Counted from the stretch's first letter, positions 1-10,140 are shown. The stretch: DNA of 50,875 bases from an uncultured Methanosarcinales archaeon (GCA_964593285.1 CAZQHZ010000001.1:66124-116998), one strand, 5' to 3'. Numbers and translations: made by a program. The notes: generated by a model from the sequence alone, not told the origin.

Positions 1-2
1 CT

Positions 3-2678
3 TTTGAGATTGAAAATTTAGACGAATATGAAAAAAAAGCGAAATTGTTTTTACAAACTTTTTATTTATTAAATAAAGAAGAACAAAAAGAGCAAAAAGA
101 ACAAAAAAAAGAATATTCTGATTTTATTTCAAAATATAGTGAATATAAAAAATTTTTAGAATTTGTTAGTGTTTGGGATAAGTATAATAAATTAAAAAAA
201 GAAAAAAATCTTCTTGATTTTTCTGATTTAAATGAATTAGCATTAAAAATATTTAATGAATTTAATATAAAAACAGATTTTAAATATGTTTTTGTTGATG
301 AATTTCAAGATACAAATAAATTACAATTTAAATTACTTGAGTTTATTGCAGACCATAAAAATATTACTGTTGTTGGTGATCGTAATCAATCTATATATGG
401 TTTTAGAGGTTCATATAAAGAAAGTTTTGATAATTTTAAAAAATCTTTTGATGCAGATAATTCATGTATATTTAAACTTGATAAAAGCAGAAGATCAAAA
501 AATACTGTTTTAAATATTTCTTATGATTTAATCAAAAATAATTATGAAGATGAAAAAGAATGTGTTTTTGTTGAGCATTTTGAAAATATTTCTGGAAATA
601 AAGTTAAAGTTATTGCATTAAAAAATCAATATGAGGAAGCTAGGGTTATTGGGGATTTAGTTGAAGAAAAAATTAAAAATAAAATTCCATTAAATAAAAT
701 TTGCATACTTCATAGAACTCACAAGCAGGCAAAAGTTATAAAAGAAATTTTAGATTTAAAAAAAATCCCCTCAATTTCTGCAGGAAAAACAAACTTAATG
801 CAAAAACCAGAAATTAAAACAACAATTGCATATTTATCCATGATTAATAATACTCTAAATAGAACTGCAACAGGAGAGCAAGCATGGTGGTATATATTTC
901 ATTATCATAATACAATTTCATTAAAAGATTCAATCAAAATTGGTAGATTTTTAAAAAAAAATAATTATAATCTTCAAATTTATGAACAAGAAAGCATAGA
1001 TAAATTATTATTAACATCGATTGAAAAATTAGATTTAACAAGTGATACAAAAAAAATAGTTTCAAAAATTGTAAATAATTTACAAAAATTATCGCAAAAT
1101 ACAAACAAACCCTTGCCTGAATTAATTCTTGATATTTACGAAATTACTGGTTTAAATCGTGCATTTAGTTATGATAGGTCAATTGAAAATATTGAAAAAA
1201 TGCTTAATTTAAAAAAATTTTATGAAATTTCTGAAAAATTTTATTTAATGCATGAAAAAGATATTTCAAAATTTATTGATTATCTTGAAATTATTGACAA
1301 TTTAGATGTAAATATAGATGCTTCAAAAATTGAGCATGTAGATGCAGTAAGATTAATGACAATTCATTCATGTAAAGGTCTTGAATTTGATACAGTTATT
1401 TTATCTAATTTAGCAAAAGATAGATTTCCTATTTCAAGAACAGGTAATGAGCCATTAATTCCAAAACATTTACTTTTAGATATTAAAAATAAAATTGTTA
1501 AATGGAAACAAGAAGGATTAAATGAAACAGAAATTGCAAAAAAAATAAAAAAGTATGAAAAGGAATTTTTATTATTAGAAGAAAGGCGACTGTGTTATGT
1601 TGCATTTACTAGAGCTGAAAATCAATTAATATTAACATATGCAAAAGACTACAAAGGAGAAGAAGATTCAACAACAAATTCATTATTTTTAGATGAAATC
1701 AATTTTAAAGAAAATGAAAATATTGAATTTATCGAAGATAACCAAGAATTATGCATGTATTTTTCTCATCAATCTATACAAGATATTGAACTTTCAAAAT
1801 TAAAAAATCAAATAATTAATTCTCTTGATACAGATTCAGTTGAAGATATTAATAATCGGATAAAAAAATACATTGAATTAAAAAATAATATTAATGAACT
1901 TTCTAGAAACATTAAATTTAATTTTGAAAATACATCTTTTAGTCCATCTGCAATATCTTTGTATTTAGATTGTCCAAAAAAATATGAATTATCAAAAATT
2001 TATTCAATGCCACAAAGAAATGATTTTGATGAAACAGGCGGTGGTAGTACTATTGGTTCATTTATCCATAAAGTTTTAGAAATTGGTGTTAATAAAAAAT
2101 TATCTAGTTTAGATGAATATTTAAAATTAGCAAAAGAATTAAATGTTGGTGAATTTAAATATGTTAATTTAAATGATGCACAAGTTTTATTAGAAGTATT
2201 TTGGCATAGAAATAAAGACAAGATACAAGATAGTTCAGAAACTGAAGTTAAAATTAATTTTAATATCGATAATTTCAAATTTAATGGGGTAATTGATAGA
2301 ATTGATTATTTAGAGGATGGAATTGAGATAATAGATTATAAAACTAATAAAAATCAAATCTCCCCTGATAAAAGGGCATTACAACTAGGTTTTTATGCAA
2401 TAGCTTTAAAAGAAAAAGGATATAATGTAAAAAGATTAACTTTAGACATGTTAAGGCTTGATAAACCAATAGTGATGGATGTAATTGATAATGAAGTTAA
2501 AGCAAAAATTGGTGGTAATTCTAAAAGTAATTTTAATTTAAATGAATTAAAGAAAGAATTAATTGAATATTGTAATAACATTGTTCATGATTATGAAAAT
2601 GGATTTAATGTTACAGATGATGAAAACAATTGTAAGTTTTGTGGATACAAATTTTACTGTCCAAAATTTAATGAGTAA
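3..2678 (+). CDS. SF1 UvrD/PcrA-type helicase fused to a C-terminal PD-(D/E)XK nuclease with 4-Cys Fe-S motif (AddA/AdnB-like); 5'-truncated by the window edge
   Basis: Helicase motifs VDEFQD, VVGDRNQSIYGFRG, MTIHSCKGLEF and EERRLCYVAFTRA. Nuclease motifs GVIDRID and IIDYKT. Cys in CPKKY and CKFCGYKFYC. The frame is open from position 3 and Walker A is absent, so the start lies upstream. Confidence 0.9.
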   Translation, partial: FEIENLDEYEKKAKLFLQTFYLLNKEEQKEQKEQKKEYSDFISKYSEYKKFLEFVSVWDKYNKLKKEKNLLDFSDLNELALKIFNEFNIKTDFKYVFVDEFQDTNKLQFKLLEFIADHKNITVVGDRNQSIYGFRGSYKESFDNFKKSFDADNSCIFKLDKSRRSKNTVLNISYDLIKNNYEDEKECVFVEHFENISGNKVKVIALKNQYEEARVIGDLVEEKIKNKIPLNKICILHRTHKQAKVIKEILDLKKIPSISAGKTNLMQKPEIKTTIAYLSMINNTLNRTATGEQAWWYIFHYHNTISLKDSIKIGRFLKKNNYNLQIYEQESIDKLLLTSIEKLDLTSDTKKIVSKIVNNLQKLSQNTNKPLPELILDIYEITGLNRAFSYDRSIENIEKMLNLKKFYEISEKFYLMHEKDISKFIDYLEIIDNLDVNIDASKIEHVDAVRLMTIHSCKGLEFDTVILSNLAKDRFPISRTGNEPLIPKHLLLDIKNKIVKWKQEGLNETEIAKKIKKYEKEFLLLEERRLCYVAFTRAENQLILTYAKDYKGEEDSTTNSLFLDEINFKENENIEFIEDNQELCMYFSHQSIQDIELSKLKNQIINSLDTDSVEDINNRIKKYIELKNNINELSRNIKFNFENTSFSPSAISLYLDCPKKYELSKIYSMPQRNDFDETGGGSTIGSFIHKVLEIGVNKKLSSLDEYLKLAKELNVGEFKYVNLNDAQVLLEVFWHRNKDKIQDSSETEVKINFNIDNFKFNGVIDRIDYLEDGIEIIDYKTNKNQISPDKRALQLGFYAIALKEKGYNVKRLTLDMLRLDKPIVMDVIDNEVKAKIGGNSKSNFNLNELKKELIEYCNNIVHDYENGFNVTDDENNCKFCGYKFYCPKFNE

Positions 2679-2878
2679 ATTAATTACTATTTTAGTATTA
2701 AAATATAGATTAAAATTTATTTTATTTTAATAATTATTAGGTTGCATTGAGAATTTTTTAATATAATTATATATATCTATAAAATTTATATAAAATTTTG
2801 AAAATGCTATTGAAAATGCTATAAATTTACAATAGATAAAAGGATGTTTTAAGAGGAAACAATTCACATAACGCCTAC

Positions 2879-2971
<93 letters not shown>

Positions 2972-3055
2972 GATATACAAATAATTTGATTTATTAATGC
3001 TGTGTGGCTATAATTTTTAGAAAATTATTTAATATTTGAATTTTACTAATATTTC

Positions 3056-3403
3056 ATGATTAAGTTTGCATGTAAAAATTTTAAGATAGATGATGTTATT
3101 AAATGTAGTTTGTCTTTAAATAAGACTGATTATAAAATTTTTAAATATTTTTTTGATCAAAATGATGATTGGGTTAATGCAGAGGATTTATCTTCGCATT
3201 TGAATTTACATATTTCAGCATGCCAGCGTTCTTTAAAAAAATTAACAGATAAAGATGTTTTATTTAGAAAACAACTTAATCTTAAAAATGGTGGGTATGT
3301 ATTTATTTATAAAATAAAATCACTAGATTATTTACGCAATTTAATATTTGATATTGTTTCTAAATGGACAAAAATGGTAGAATCTGAATTATTAAAATGG
3401 TAA
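3056..3403 (+). CDS. Archaeal winged-helix transcriptional regulator (TrmB/MarR-like)
   Basis: DVIKCSLSLNKTD N-terminus, HTH (AEDLSSHLNLHISACQRSLKKL) and wing GGYVFIY. Confidence 0.8.
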   Translation: MIKFACKNFKIDDVIKCSLSLNKTDYKIFKYFFDQNDDWVNAEDLSSHLNLHISACQRSLKKLTDKDVLFRKQLNLKNGGYVFIYKIKSLDYLRNLIFDIVSKWTKMVESELLKW

Positions 3404-3482
3404 ATATTGGTTTTTCATTTTTTTAGTTGTTTTTTTCAGTACTCCAATTTATTTAAAAATAATTTGATTTTTCAATTCTTGT

Positions 3483-4652
3483 ATGGAATCAAAAAATAAA
3501 TTGTTTAACTTAGATAATTTTACACCATTAATTTTTTTAGCATCACTTGGTGCAGGTGGGATTGCTGTAATGCCTTTTGCATTTTTGCAATATACATTTT
3601 TCACGGGAGATGGTTTAATTGCAATTAAGCATTTAATGCATGGATCTAATTCTTTACTGCAAGAATCATTTTTTCGTTTACTTGAATCTATTATGATTAT
3701 TTTTTCATTAATACATATAGTTTTATCTGTTGTCTTTTTTATAAAATTATTTTTTTGGTTAAAAACTAAAGAATACAATTCTTTTGTTAACAATCCGCTA
3801 AAAAATGCAGGTATTTTAGTTCCCTTTATATCAATATTAATGACTATGAATGTATTTATTGGGCCTATACGTTTCTTTATACCATGGTTTGCAGAAAATT
3901 TACAATTATTAATGTTTCCTGCTTTTTTATTTTGGATCTTTTTGTTTATTTTGCTTTTAAGGCTTGATATAAAATTGCTTAAAATTTCATTTATTCAAGG
4001 TTTTGATGTTGATAAAATAAGTTTTGGCTGGCTTTTACATCCATTTGCATTATCAATGCTTAGTGTTGTTGGAACTGGAATTGCTGCTATGGCTAAAAAT
4101 AGTAATATAGCGCATCTAGCAGCATTTATGTCTTTAATTTCACTTTCAATGGGTATTTTTTTATTCATAGTAAAAATTATTTCAATTTTTAAAAGCCATT
4201 TTAATCAAGTTGGGCTTCCACAAAGACAATTTTTACCATCTTTTTTAATGGTAATACCAATTGTGACCTTGTTTGCAATAAGTGCATTTAGATTTGGACA
4301 TTACCTTGAGCATCAGTTTAATTATTCACTTGGTCCATATTTTATGATTGTCACTTTAGGTGCTTTTGCTTTTGAAATGTGGTATTTATTTTTTGGACTT
4401 GCAATTTTAAAAGAATTTTTTTTAAAGTATTATTTTAAGAATGAATATTATGTAACTTTATGGGGGCTTATTTGCCCAATTGTTGCATTTGGTGTACTTG
4501 GAAGTTTTGTTTATAGTACTTTTCTACCAAGCATTATTTTATATATTTTTGTGCTTTTAATTATTTTAATTGCAATTATATTTTATTTTGATTTATTTTT
4601 TAGATTTAATAATTGTTTATTTAAAAGAAAAAAAAATATCAATTGTATTTAA
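3483..4652 (+). CDS. Polytopic membrane protein, about 10 TM (TsoY-like / TDT-like)
   Basis: About 10 hydrophobic segments. The N-terminal PLIFLASLGAGG resembles the TsoY family as I recall it; function unknown. Confidence 0.6.
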   Translation: MESKNKLFNLDNFTPLIFLASLGAGGIAVMPFAFLQYTFFTGDGLIAIKHLMHGSNSLLQESFFRLLESIMIIFSLIHIVLSVVFFIKLFFWLKTKEYNSFVNNPLKNAGILVPFISILMTMNVFIGPIRFFIPWFAENLQLLMFPAFLFWIFLFILLLRLDIKLLKISFIQGFDVDKISFGWLLHPFALSMLSVVGTGIAAMAKNSNIAHLAAFMSLISLSMGIFLFIVKIISIFKSHFNQVGLPQRQFLPSFLMVIPIVTLFAISAFRFGHYLEHQFNYSLGPYFMIVTLGAFAFEMWYLFFGLAILKEFFLKYYFKNEYYVTLWGLICPIVAFGVLGSFVYSTFLPSIILYIFVLLIILIAIIFYFDLFFRFNNCLFKRKKNINCI

Positions 4653-4673
4653 TTTTTTTAATTTTTTTCTTTA

Positions 4674-4754
4674 ATTTTTTAAACTTCACTAATATACAAA
4701 TGTCCAGAAAAATCTCTTAGCACAATACGTCCTTGCTTGTTATTAATTTTATTT
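4674..4754 (-). repeat. Displaced copy of the 3' end of the MtrA-ThyA gene (putative att site, left island boundary)
   Basis: 73/81 nt identical to 17191..17271 in direct orientation. The minus strand reads NKINNKQGRIVLRDFSGHLYISEV* against NKINKKRGHIVLTDFSGHLYMSEV* in the gene. Confidence 0.92.
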
Positions 4755-4835
4755 TACTTTTATGTGATAATTTTTAATATATTTAAAAATTGGCTAAAAT
4801 ATGTTTTAAAAAATTTGGTTTTGATTAATTTTATA

Positions 4836-5057
4836 GTAAGTATAAAGTCAGGTATAAAAAAAAGCAATATCTTCAAAACTTTTTATGATTTTATTAAAGG
4901 TTCTGGGTTCTCGTATGGAGTTCTATCACTAGCGTTCAAAAGTTTATAATCTTACGAGATTATAAACCAACCCCTCGCAAGCGAACTATATTTCTTGTTA
5001 TAACAAAGTTCTGACCTTATGATATTGTCTTTTTTCAAATATAGACTTTATACTTAC
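4836..5057. mobile_element. 222-bp MITE, IS66-like ends
   Basis: Perfect 14-bp terminal inverted repeats GTAAGTATAAAGTC (4836-4849) and GACTTTATACTTAC (5044-5057). 8-bp direct repeat ATTTTATA on both flanks (4828-4835, 5058-5065). Subterminal AAAAAAG(A)CAATATC at both ends. GTAA ends with an 8-bp target duplication are IS66 hallmarks. Confidence 0.8.
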
Positions 5058-5106
5058 ATTTTATAGTAAATTTTTTATACTTTAAATATACTTTCATAAA
5101 AATAAT

Positions 5107-5658
5107 ATGGAAAATCCAATAAAACTTACTGAAAATGAAAAAAAAGTTCTCAAGAAATTAATTTGTGATAGTAGGATGAATGATACAAAAATTGCAGAAA
5201 GTAATTCTATTTCTCAACAAGCAGTATATCAAATAAGAAACAGATTAGAAAGTTTAGGAATAATTGAGGGGTACTGTCCAATAATTAATTTTAAAAAAAT
5301 TGGCTTAAATATAATGTATATAATTGGAATAGAAATTTTGCCCTATATGTGGGAAGAATTTAAAGAACATGAAATTACAGAAAAACTCAAAGATTTACCT
5401 TTTGTTTTAAAACTTATAAGATTGCCTTCTACAGATGTTTCATATATTGCAATTCTTGGATTTAAAGATATAAAAGATCGAGAACTGTTTTCAAGTAAAA
5501 TAGAATCCAAATTTTCTAAAAAAATAAATATTGTCTGGTCCTATACAACTTATTCTGAAAATTATATGGGAAAAAATAAATTAAGTAGTATAGATTATGC
5601 TCTTAATAAGAACGAATTAGATTTTGATAAAATAATTGATAAAATTAATAAAAAATAA
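5107..5658 (+). CDS. Lrp/AsnC family transcriptional regulator
   Basis: LTENEKKVLKKL..DSRM..TKIA..ISQQAVYQIRNRLESLGIIEGY..INFKKIG HTH, followed by a RAM-like domain. Confidence 0.85.
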   Translation: MENPIKLTENEKKVLKKLICDSRMNDTKIAESNSISQQAVYQIRNRLESLGIIEGYCPIINFKKIGLNIMYIIGIEILPYMWEEFKEHEITEKLKDLPFVLKLIRLPSTDVSYIAILGFKDIKDRELFSSKIESKFSKKINIVWSYTTYSENYMGKNKLSSIDYALNKNELDFDKIIDKINKK

Positions 5659-5661
5659 AAA

Positions 5662-5949
5662 TTATTCTCTTATATAATAACCAAAAATTGTATCTCTCAT
5701 TAAAGTACCTCGAACAAGCACTTCTTCACCTTCATCAGGAATATCATCAGAAACTACACCTATTTTTTCATCATCATCAACAATTAAATAACCTGAAAAA
5801 TCTCCAATGTCTACAGATCCTTCTACTATACCTCTAACACTTACTCTTTCACCAATATACTCTTCACTTTTTATATCTTCAATATTTTGAGTAGCACACC
5901 CAGCCAATAAAACAAACAAAAATAAAAAAATAATAAAATATATTTTCAT
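5662..5949 (-). CDS. Small lipoprotein with OB-fold
   Basis: Lipobox LLAGC; GERVSVRGIV and GEEVLVRGTL strands; GGAGG ribosome-binding site. Confidence 0.7.
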   Translation of the reverse strand: MKIYFIIFLFLFVLLAGCATQNIEDIKSEEYIGERVSVRGIVEGSVDIGDFSGYLIVDDDEKIGVVSDDIPDEGEEVLVRGTLMRDTIFGYYIRE

Positions 5950-5971
5950 TTTATACCTCCAAAATAATTTT

Positions 5972-6169
5972 TTATTTATTTACTGCAAAATAAATCATAT
6001 ATATAGCTGAAAGTCCGACAAGTACATATACAATATTTTGTAATGTAGGTATTGTTCCAAAGATTGCTTCAACAAAATCAAAATTAAAAAATCCTACAAG
6101 ACCCCAATTTAATCCACCAACTATTACTAAAACTAACGTTATCCAATCTAATGTATTTTTATTTGTCAT
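5972..6169 (-). CDS. DUF378 small membrane protein
   Basis: LVIVGGLNWGLVGFFNFDFV..IFG and IVYVLVGLSA signature. Confidence 0.88.
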   Translation of the reverse strand: MTNKNTLDWITLVLVIVGGLNWGLVGFFNFDFVEAIFGTIPTLQNIVYVLVGLSAIYMIYFAVNK

Positions 6170-6216
6170 AATATCCCCTCCGTTTTTAACGCGTAAAAAA
6201 TCATTTTACGCAAAAA

Positions 6217-6468
6217 TTAAGATTTTAAAATAGTCATCAATTTAGATGTTTCTTTTGTAACATTTACATTTTGAAAACTGCCATCTTCACGATGAACTAT
6301 AACCTTGCCGTTTTCATATTTTTGAGTTATATCAAAAGCATGTGCTATAGCATTCATTTTTAAATCAAATATTTTAGATGGTTGTTCGCTATTTTCGGCT
6401 CTAACACCCCATCTCCCATCAGATGGTACAACGTGTTGTATTTTTGTTTCAACTTCTATTTTAATCAC
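6217..6468 (-). CDS. DUF2188 domain protein
   Basis: QHVVPSDGRWGVR..S..F..K..AI..A and VIVHREDGSFQ. Confidence 0.8.
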   Translation of the reverse strand: MIKIEVETKIQHVVPSDGRWGVRAENSEQPSKIFDLKMNAIAHAFDITQKYENGKVIVHREDGSFQNVNVTKETSKLMTILKS

Positions 6469-6527
6469 CTCGTATCATAGTTTATTTATATTAATTATTT
6501 ATGTAACATTAATCTTTAATAACAAAT

Positions 6528-6968
6528 TCAAGTTTTTTTTTGAGCTGCAAAATCAAATAAATTCTCAATTTCAGGTGGTAGTGTTGCTTTTATATTATTT
6601 ATTTCTCCTTGATCAATATGTTTTTGCATGACATAAAATATTGTTTGTATAACATTTTCTGGATTAATTTTAGGATCATTATTAAAATATGAATGCACCC
6701 TACTAATAAATGTCATTTTATCTAATTTTTTAGGATTATCTTTAGGAGTCCAATTATTATAATAAATTCCTTTAATAATTAGTGGAAGCTGAGCACCCAA
6801 ATGGGTGAGATTTTCAATAGTTAATCTATCTCTAAGAGTATGCATAGTTCCATAAAGGGCAATGTAAGCCTGGTTATAAGTACATTTAAGTTCATATTTT
6901 ATTTCTTTAATCCAAATATTAAAATCATGAACTCCTTTTTCTACACTACTAATATGTGAAATAGTCAT
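6528..6968 (-). CDS. DUF2267 domain protein
   Basis: AY.AL..TMHTLRDRL....HLGAQLP.IIKGIYY..W and ID.GEI..IK.TLP. ATG at 6968 follows a GGTGA ribosome-binding site. Confidence 0.85.
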   Translation of the reverse strand: MTISHISSVEKGVHDFNIWIKEIKYELKCTYNQAYIALYGTMHTLRDRLTIENLTHLGAQLPLIIKGIYYNNWTPKDNPKKLDKMTFISRVHSYFNNDPKINPENVIQTIFYVMQKHIDQGEINNIKATLPPEIENLFDFAAQKKT

Positions 6969-7010
6969 AATAATCACCTACAAATATTTTTAAAAAATAA
7001 AAAAAATTGA

Positions 7011-7667
7011 TTATATTTCTTTAATATATACATAATCAGTTTTTGAACTCAACCTTCTAATACCTCTAAAAAGCTGTGCTTTAACTGTATAAATACCTTT
7101 CATTTTAGGGATAAACTCAAATGTACGCTCCTTTAATTCGTTTGGAGCTAACGTATCTAGAGATATTAATTCTACCTCTTCTATTTCCCCATCAGGAGCC
7201 TCAATCCAAGTTTCTAAATCTAAATCTTCAGTAGCTTCTTTAGCGGATATTAAAACATCGCATTTTATTGTATCTCCTATTATTGATCTAGGATTTCTTG
7301 TAGCAAACAAACTAATAATTTCTGCTACTTGAGTAGATACATTTATTAACATATCAGGTGTTTCCCAGTAAAACAGTTCATCGTCCTTATTACCAACCAT
7401 TGATACATAAACTTGTGTTGAAAAATGCACATTTATTCTAAAATAAAGATTTACTTCATCATCTGGTAGCAACAAAGGTATATATTTAGCAAAGTCCCTA
7501 ATTTCTAAACCTAATGTATCAACAGAATTTAAATGTATATCTAAATTTTTTAATGTATTTTGGCTTATATTTTTTAAAGTTAAAGTAAGCCATCTCTCTC
7601 CAGGATCAACAACTTCTGGAGTTATTTCAAATTCTACGCCTTTTCTTATTCTTCTCATTTTTTTCAC
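7011..7667 (-). CDS. Hypothetical protein with two beta-sandwich (Ig/CARDB-like) domains
   Basis: 218-aa ORF with alternating beta-strand pattern (LTLTLKN, GIYTVKAQL); start uncertain. Confidence 0.55.
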   Translation of the reverse strand: MKKMRRIRKGVEFEITPEVVDPGERWLTLTLKNISQNTLKNLDIHLNSVDTLGLEIRDFAKYIPLLLPDDEVNLYFRINVHFSTQVYVSMVGNKDDELFYWETPDMLINVSTQVAEIISLFATRNPRSIIGDTIKCDVLISAKEATEDLDLETWIEAPDGEIEEVELISLDTLAPNELKERTFEFIPKMKGIYTVKAQLFRGIRRLSSKTDYVYIKEI

Positions 7668-7708
7668 CCCACAAAAAAATATATTGGTAATAATACATTT
7701 TGTTAAAA

Positions 7709-7874
7709 TATAAAAATTATTTCTAGTAAATTACAAAAATTAAATAAAAATATGTTGTAATTTACTGATTCTTAAAAATAAATTAGAAATAAACTTAATT
7801 ATTTTTTTGATATTTTTGTAATTTACATTTTTTTTATAGTATTCTTTTGTATAATACTAGGAATGCTTTTTATA
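7709..7874. promoter_or_regulatory. Divergent promoter with four phased GTAAWTTAC-type boxes
   Basis: Boxes at 7726, 7757, 7818 and 7849 (last is GTATAATAC), spaced 31/61/31 bp. Each outer box lies 10 bp from a TTTTATA box (7709-7715 minus, 7868-7874 plus). Confidence 0.75.
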
Positions 7875-7910
7875 AAATAAATAGCTATATTATTATTAAG
7901 GTGATTTTTT

Positions 7911-8384
7911 ATGAAAGAAACAAGTAAATCTATTTGGAAGGAAATAATGTCATTACAAAATCAAATAGATATGTTGTTTGAAAATAGTTATTTAGAAGAG
8001 TATCTTGGAGCTAGTAATTTATTAAAAAAAGGAAATATAACACCAGAAAACTATAGAAAACCTATTTCTAATATTCATGAAACAGATACCAAAATAATTG
8101 CAGAAATAGAAATGCCTGGAATGAATAAAGAGGATATAGATGTAGAAGTAGATGATAATACACTGAAAGTTAAAGCAGAAAAAAAACAAGAAATCAAGGA
8201 AAAAGATAAAAAAGAAAGTTATTCTTATAAGCGAGATTTTTTAGGATTTTATAAAAAATTTTTATTACCTGAAAATGTTGATTCACAAAAAGCTAAAGCA
8301 GAATATAACGAAGGAATATTAAAAATAAATCTTCCAAAAATTGAAATTGAAAGTTCAAAAAAAAACCGCTTAAACATAAAATGA
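7911..8384 (+). CDS. Small heat shock protein Hsp20
   Basis: P.SNIHETD...EMPGMNKEDIDV and LPENVD...AKAEYNEGILKINLPK alpha-crystallin domain. Confidence 0.95.
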   Translation: MKETSKSIWKEIMSLQNQIDMLFENSYLEEYLGASNLLKKGNITPENYRKPISNIHETDTKIIAEIEMPGMNKEDIDVEVDDNTLKVKAEKKQEIKEKDKKESYSYKRDFLGFYKKFLLPENVDSQKAKAEYNEGILKINLPKIEIESSKKNRLNIK

Positions 8385-8409
8385 TTTTTTATTTTTTTAA
8401 AAAAATAAA

Positions 8410-10140
8410 ATGAAAACCAACAAAAATATTGCAAAGCTTTTTGATGAAATGGCTATACTTTTAGAATTAGAAGGTGTTGAATGGAAACCTCAAGCTTATA
8501 GGAAAGCTTCTAGAAATATTAATAACTATTATATGGATATAAATGAAGTATATAAAAAAAAAGGTATCAAAGGTTTGCAAAAAATAAAGGGTGTAGGGGA
8601 AAATATATCTAAACACATAGAAGAATATTTGAAAACTAATCAAATTAAGAAACTTAAAGATATGAGAAAAAAATATCCTAAAGAAATAATGGATATTTCA
8701 ACACTTGAAGGTTTAGGGCCAAAAAAAATAAGATTTCTTCTACGAAAACTAAATATTAAATCTAAAAAAGATCTTGAAAATGCAGTTAAAAATAAACAAA
8801 TAAGAAATTTAGAAGGCTTTGGAGAAGTAACAGAAAAAAATATACAACAATCATTAAATCTTCATAAAAAGAAAAAAGGGAGAATGTTATTAGATCAAGC
8901 AACGAGGATATGTAATGAAATCATAAACTATCTAAAAAAAGAAACAAACATAAAAACAATTAATTATGCTGGATCTATTAGAAGAATGAAAGAAACTATA
9001 GGTGATATTGATATTTTAGCTATAAAAATAAATGCTGATAAATTAATTAATGCTTTCACAAATTTTAAAGATATAAAAAAGGTCATAAGTAAAGGACAAA
9101 CAAAAAGTTCAATAATATTAAATGAAGATAATATTCAAGTTGATTTAAGGATTATTCCAAAAGAAAGCTATATAGCGGCACTTCAATATTTTACCGGAAG
9201 TAAAGCACATAACATTGAATTAAGAAAAATTGCTTTAAGCGAGGGATATAAATTATCTGAATATGGATTATTTAAAAAAAAAGATAATAAAAAAATTTCA
9301 TTAAAAAATGAAAAAGAATTATATAAAAAATTGGGTCTACAATACATCCCTCCAGAAATTAGAGAAAACCGAGGAGAAATAGAATTAGCTAAAAATAATA
9401 AAATTCCTAAACTTATCAGACACAGTGACATTAAAGGAGATTTACATATACATACTACTTATAGCGATGGTTTAGATACTATTAAAGATATAGTAGATAA
9501 TGCAAAAAAAAAGGGCTATCGATATATAGCAATAACTGATCATTCAAAATCAAGAAAAATTGCAGGAGGACTTAGTGAAAAAAAACTTAAAGAGCAATGG
9601 AAGGAAATTGATAAAATTAAAAAAAATATAAGTATAGAAGTATTAAAAGGTGCTGAAGTAGATATATTAAAAGATGGAAAATTAGATTATTCAGATAAAA
9701 TACTAAAAAAACTTGATTTTGTAATTGGAAGCATTCATCAAAATTTCAAAATGCCAAAAAAAGATATGACAAAAAGAATAATAAAAGCACTCAAAAATGA
9801 AAATCTACATGCACTAGGGCATCTTACGGGAAGAATGATTAAAAAAAGAGAACCTTATAATGCAGATTATAACAAAATTTTTCAAGTTGCAGCAGATAAT
9901 AATAAATTAATAGAAATTAATTCACAACCACAAAGACTAGATCTTAATGACGATTTTATATATAGAGCAAAAAAAAAAGGAGTAAAATTCATAATCAATA
10001 CAGATTCTCATACAAAATCAAATTTAAATTTTATAAGATTTGGAATAGGACAAGCAAGACGTGGCCAATTGAAAAAAAGTGATGTAGTTAACACAAAATC
10101 ATTTAGCCAATTAAAAAAGGTTTTAAAAAATGAAGTATGA
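8410..10140 (+). CDS. polX: DNA polymerase X with PHP domain
   Basis: HhH motifs, GSIRR..ETIGDIDIL, QVDLR, YFTGSKAHN, PPEIRE; PHP motifs DLHIHT..SDG, ITDHS and NTDSH. Confidence 0.95.
   Translation: MKTNKNIAKLFDEMAILLELEGVEWKPQAYRKASRNINNYYMDINEVYKKKGIKGLQKIKGVGENISKHIEEYLKTNQIKKLKDMRKKYPKEIMDISTLEGLGPKKIRFLLRKLNIKSKKDLENAVKNKQIRNLEGFGEVTEKNIQQSLNLHKKKKGRMLLDQATRICNEIINYLKKETNIKTINYAGSIRRMKETIGDIDILAIKINADKLINAFTNFKDIKKVISKGQTKSSIILNEDNIQVDLRIIPKESYIAALQYFTGSKAHNIELRKIALSEGYKLSEYGLFKKKDNKKISLKNEKELYKKLGLQYIPPEIRENRGEIELAKNNKIPKLIRHSDIKGDLHIHTTYSDGLDTIKDIVDNAKKKGYRYIAITDHSKSRKIAGGLSEKKLKEQWKEIDKIKKNISIEVLKGAEVDILKDGKLDYSDKILKKLDFVIGSIHQNFKMPKKDMTKRIIKALKNENLHALGHLTGRMIKKREPYNADYNKIFQVAADNNKLIEINSQPQRLDLNDDFIYRAKKKGVKFIINTDSHTKSNLNFIRFGIGQARRGQLKKSDVVNTKSFSQLKKVLKNEV

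Noticed and set aside
1930..2678. Cas4 or a CRISPR system
   Set aside because: The 4-Cys PD-(D/E)XK domain is fused to a UvrD helicase, and no cas genes or repeat-spacer array were seen.
3483..4652. Selenoprotein (TsoY-like family)
   Set aside because: The ORF ends in TAA with no in-frame TGA, and no SECIS-like hairpin was seen.
4674..4754. DGR template/variable repeat pair with 17191..17271
   Set aside because: The eight mismatches are not confined to adenines of one copy (they include G/T, C/G and G/A), no reverse transcriptase is in the window, and the target is an enzyme C-terminus.
4737..4949. 70-aa ORF at the island's left end
   Set aside because: It crosses the att-like repeat and the MITE end, is low complexity and has no motif.
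4895..5020. tRNA or known ribozyme in the GC-rich patch
   Set aside because: No cloverleaf or T-loop consensus and no hammerhead core recognised on either strand.
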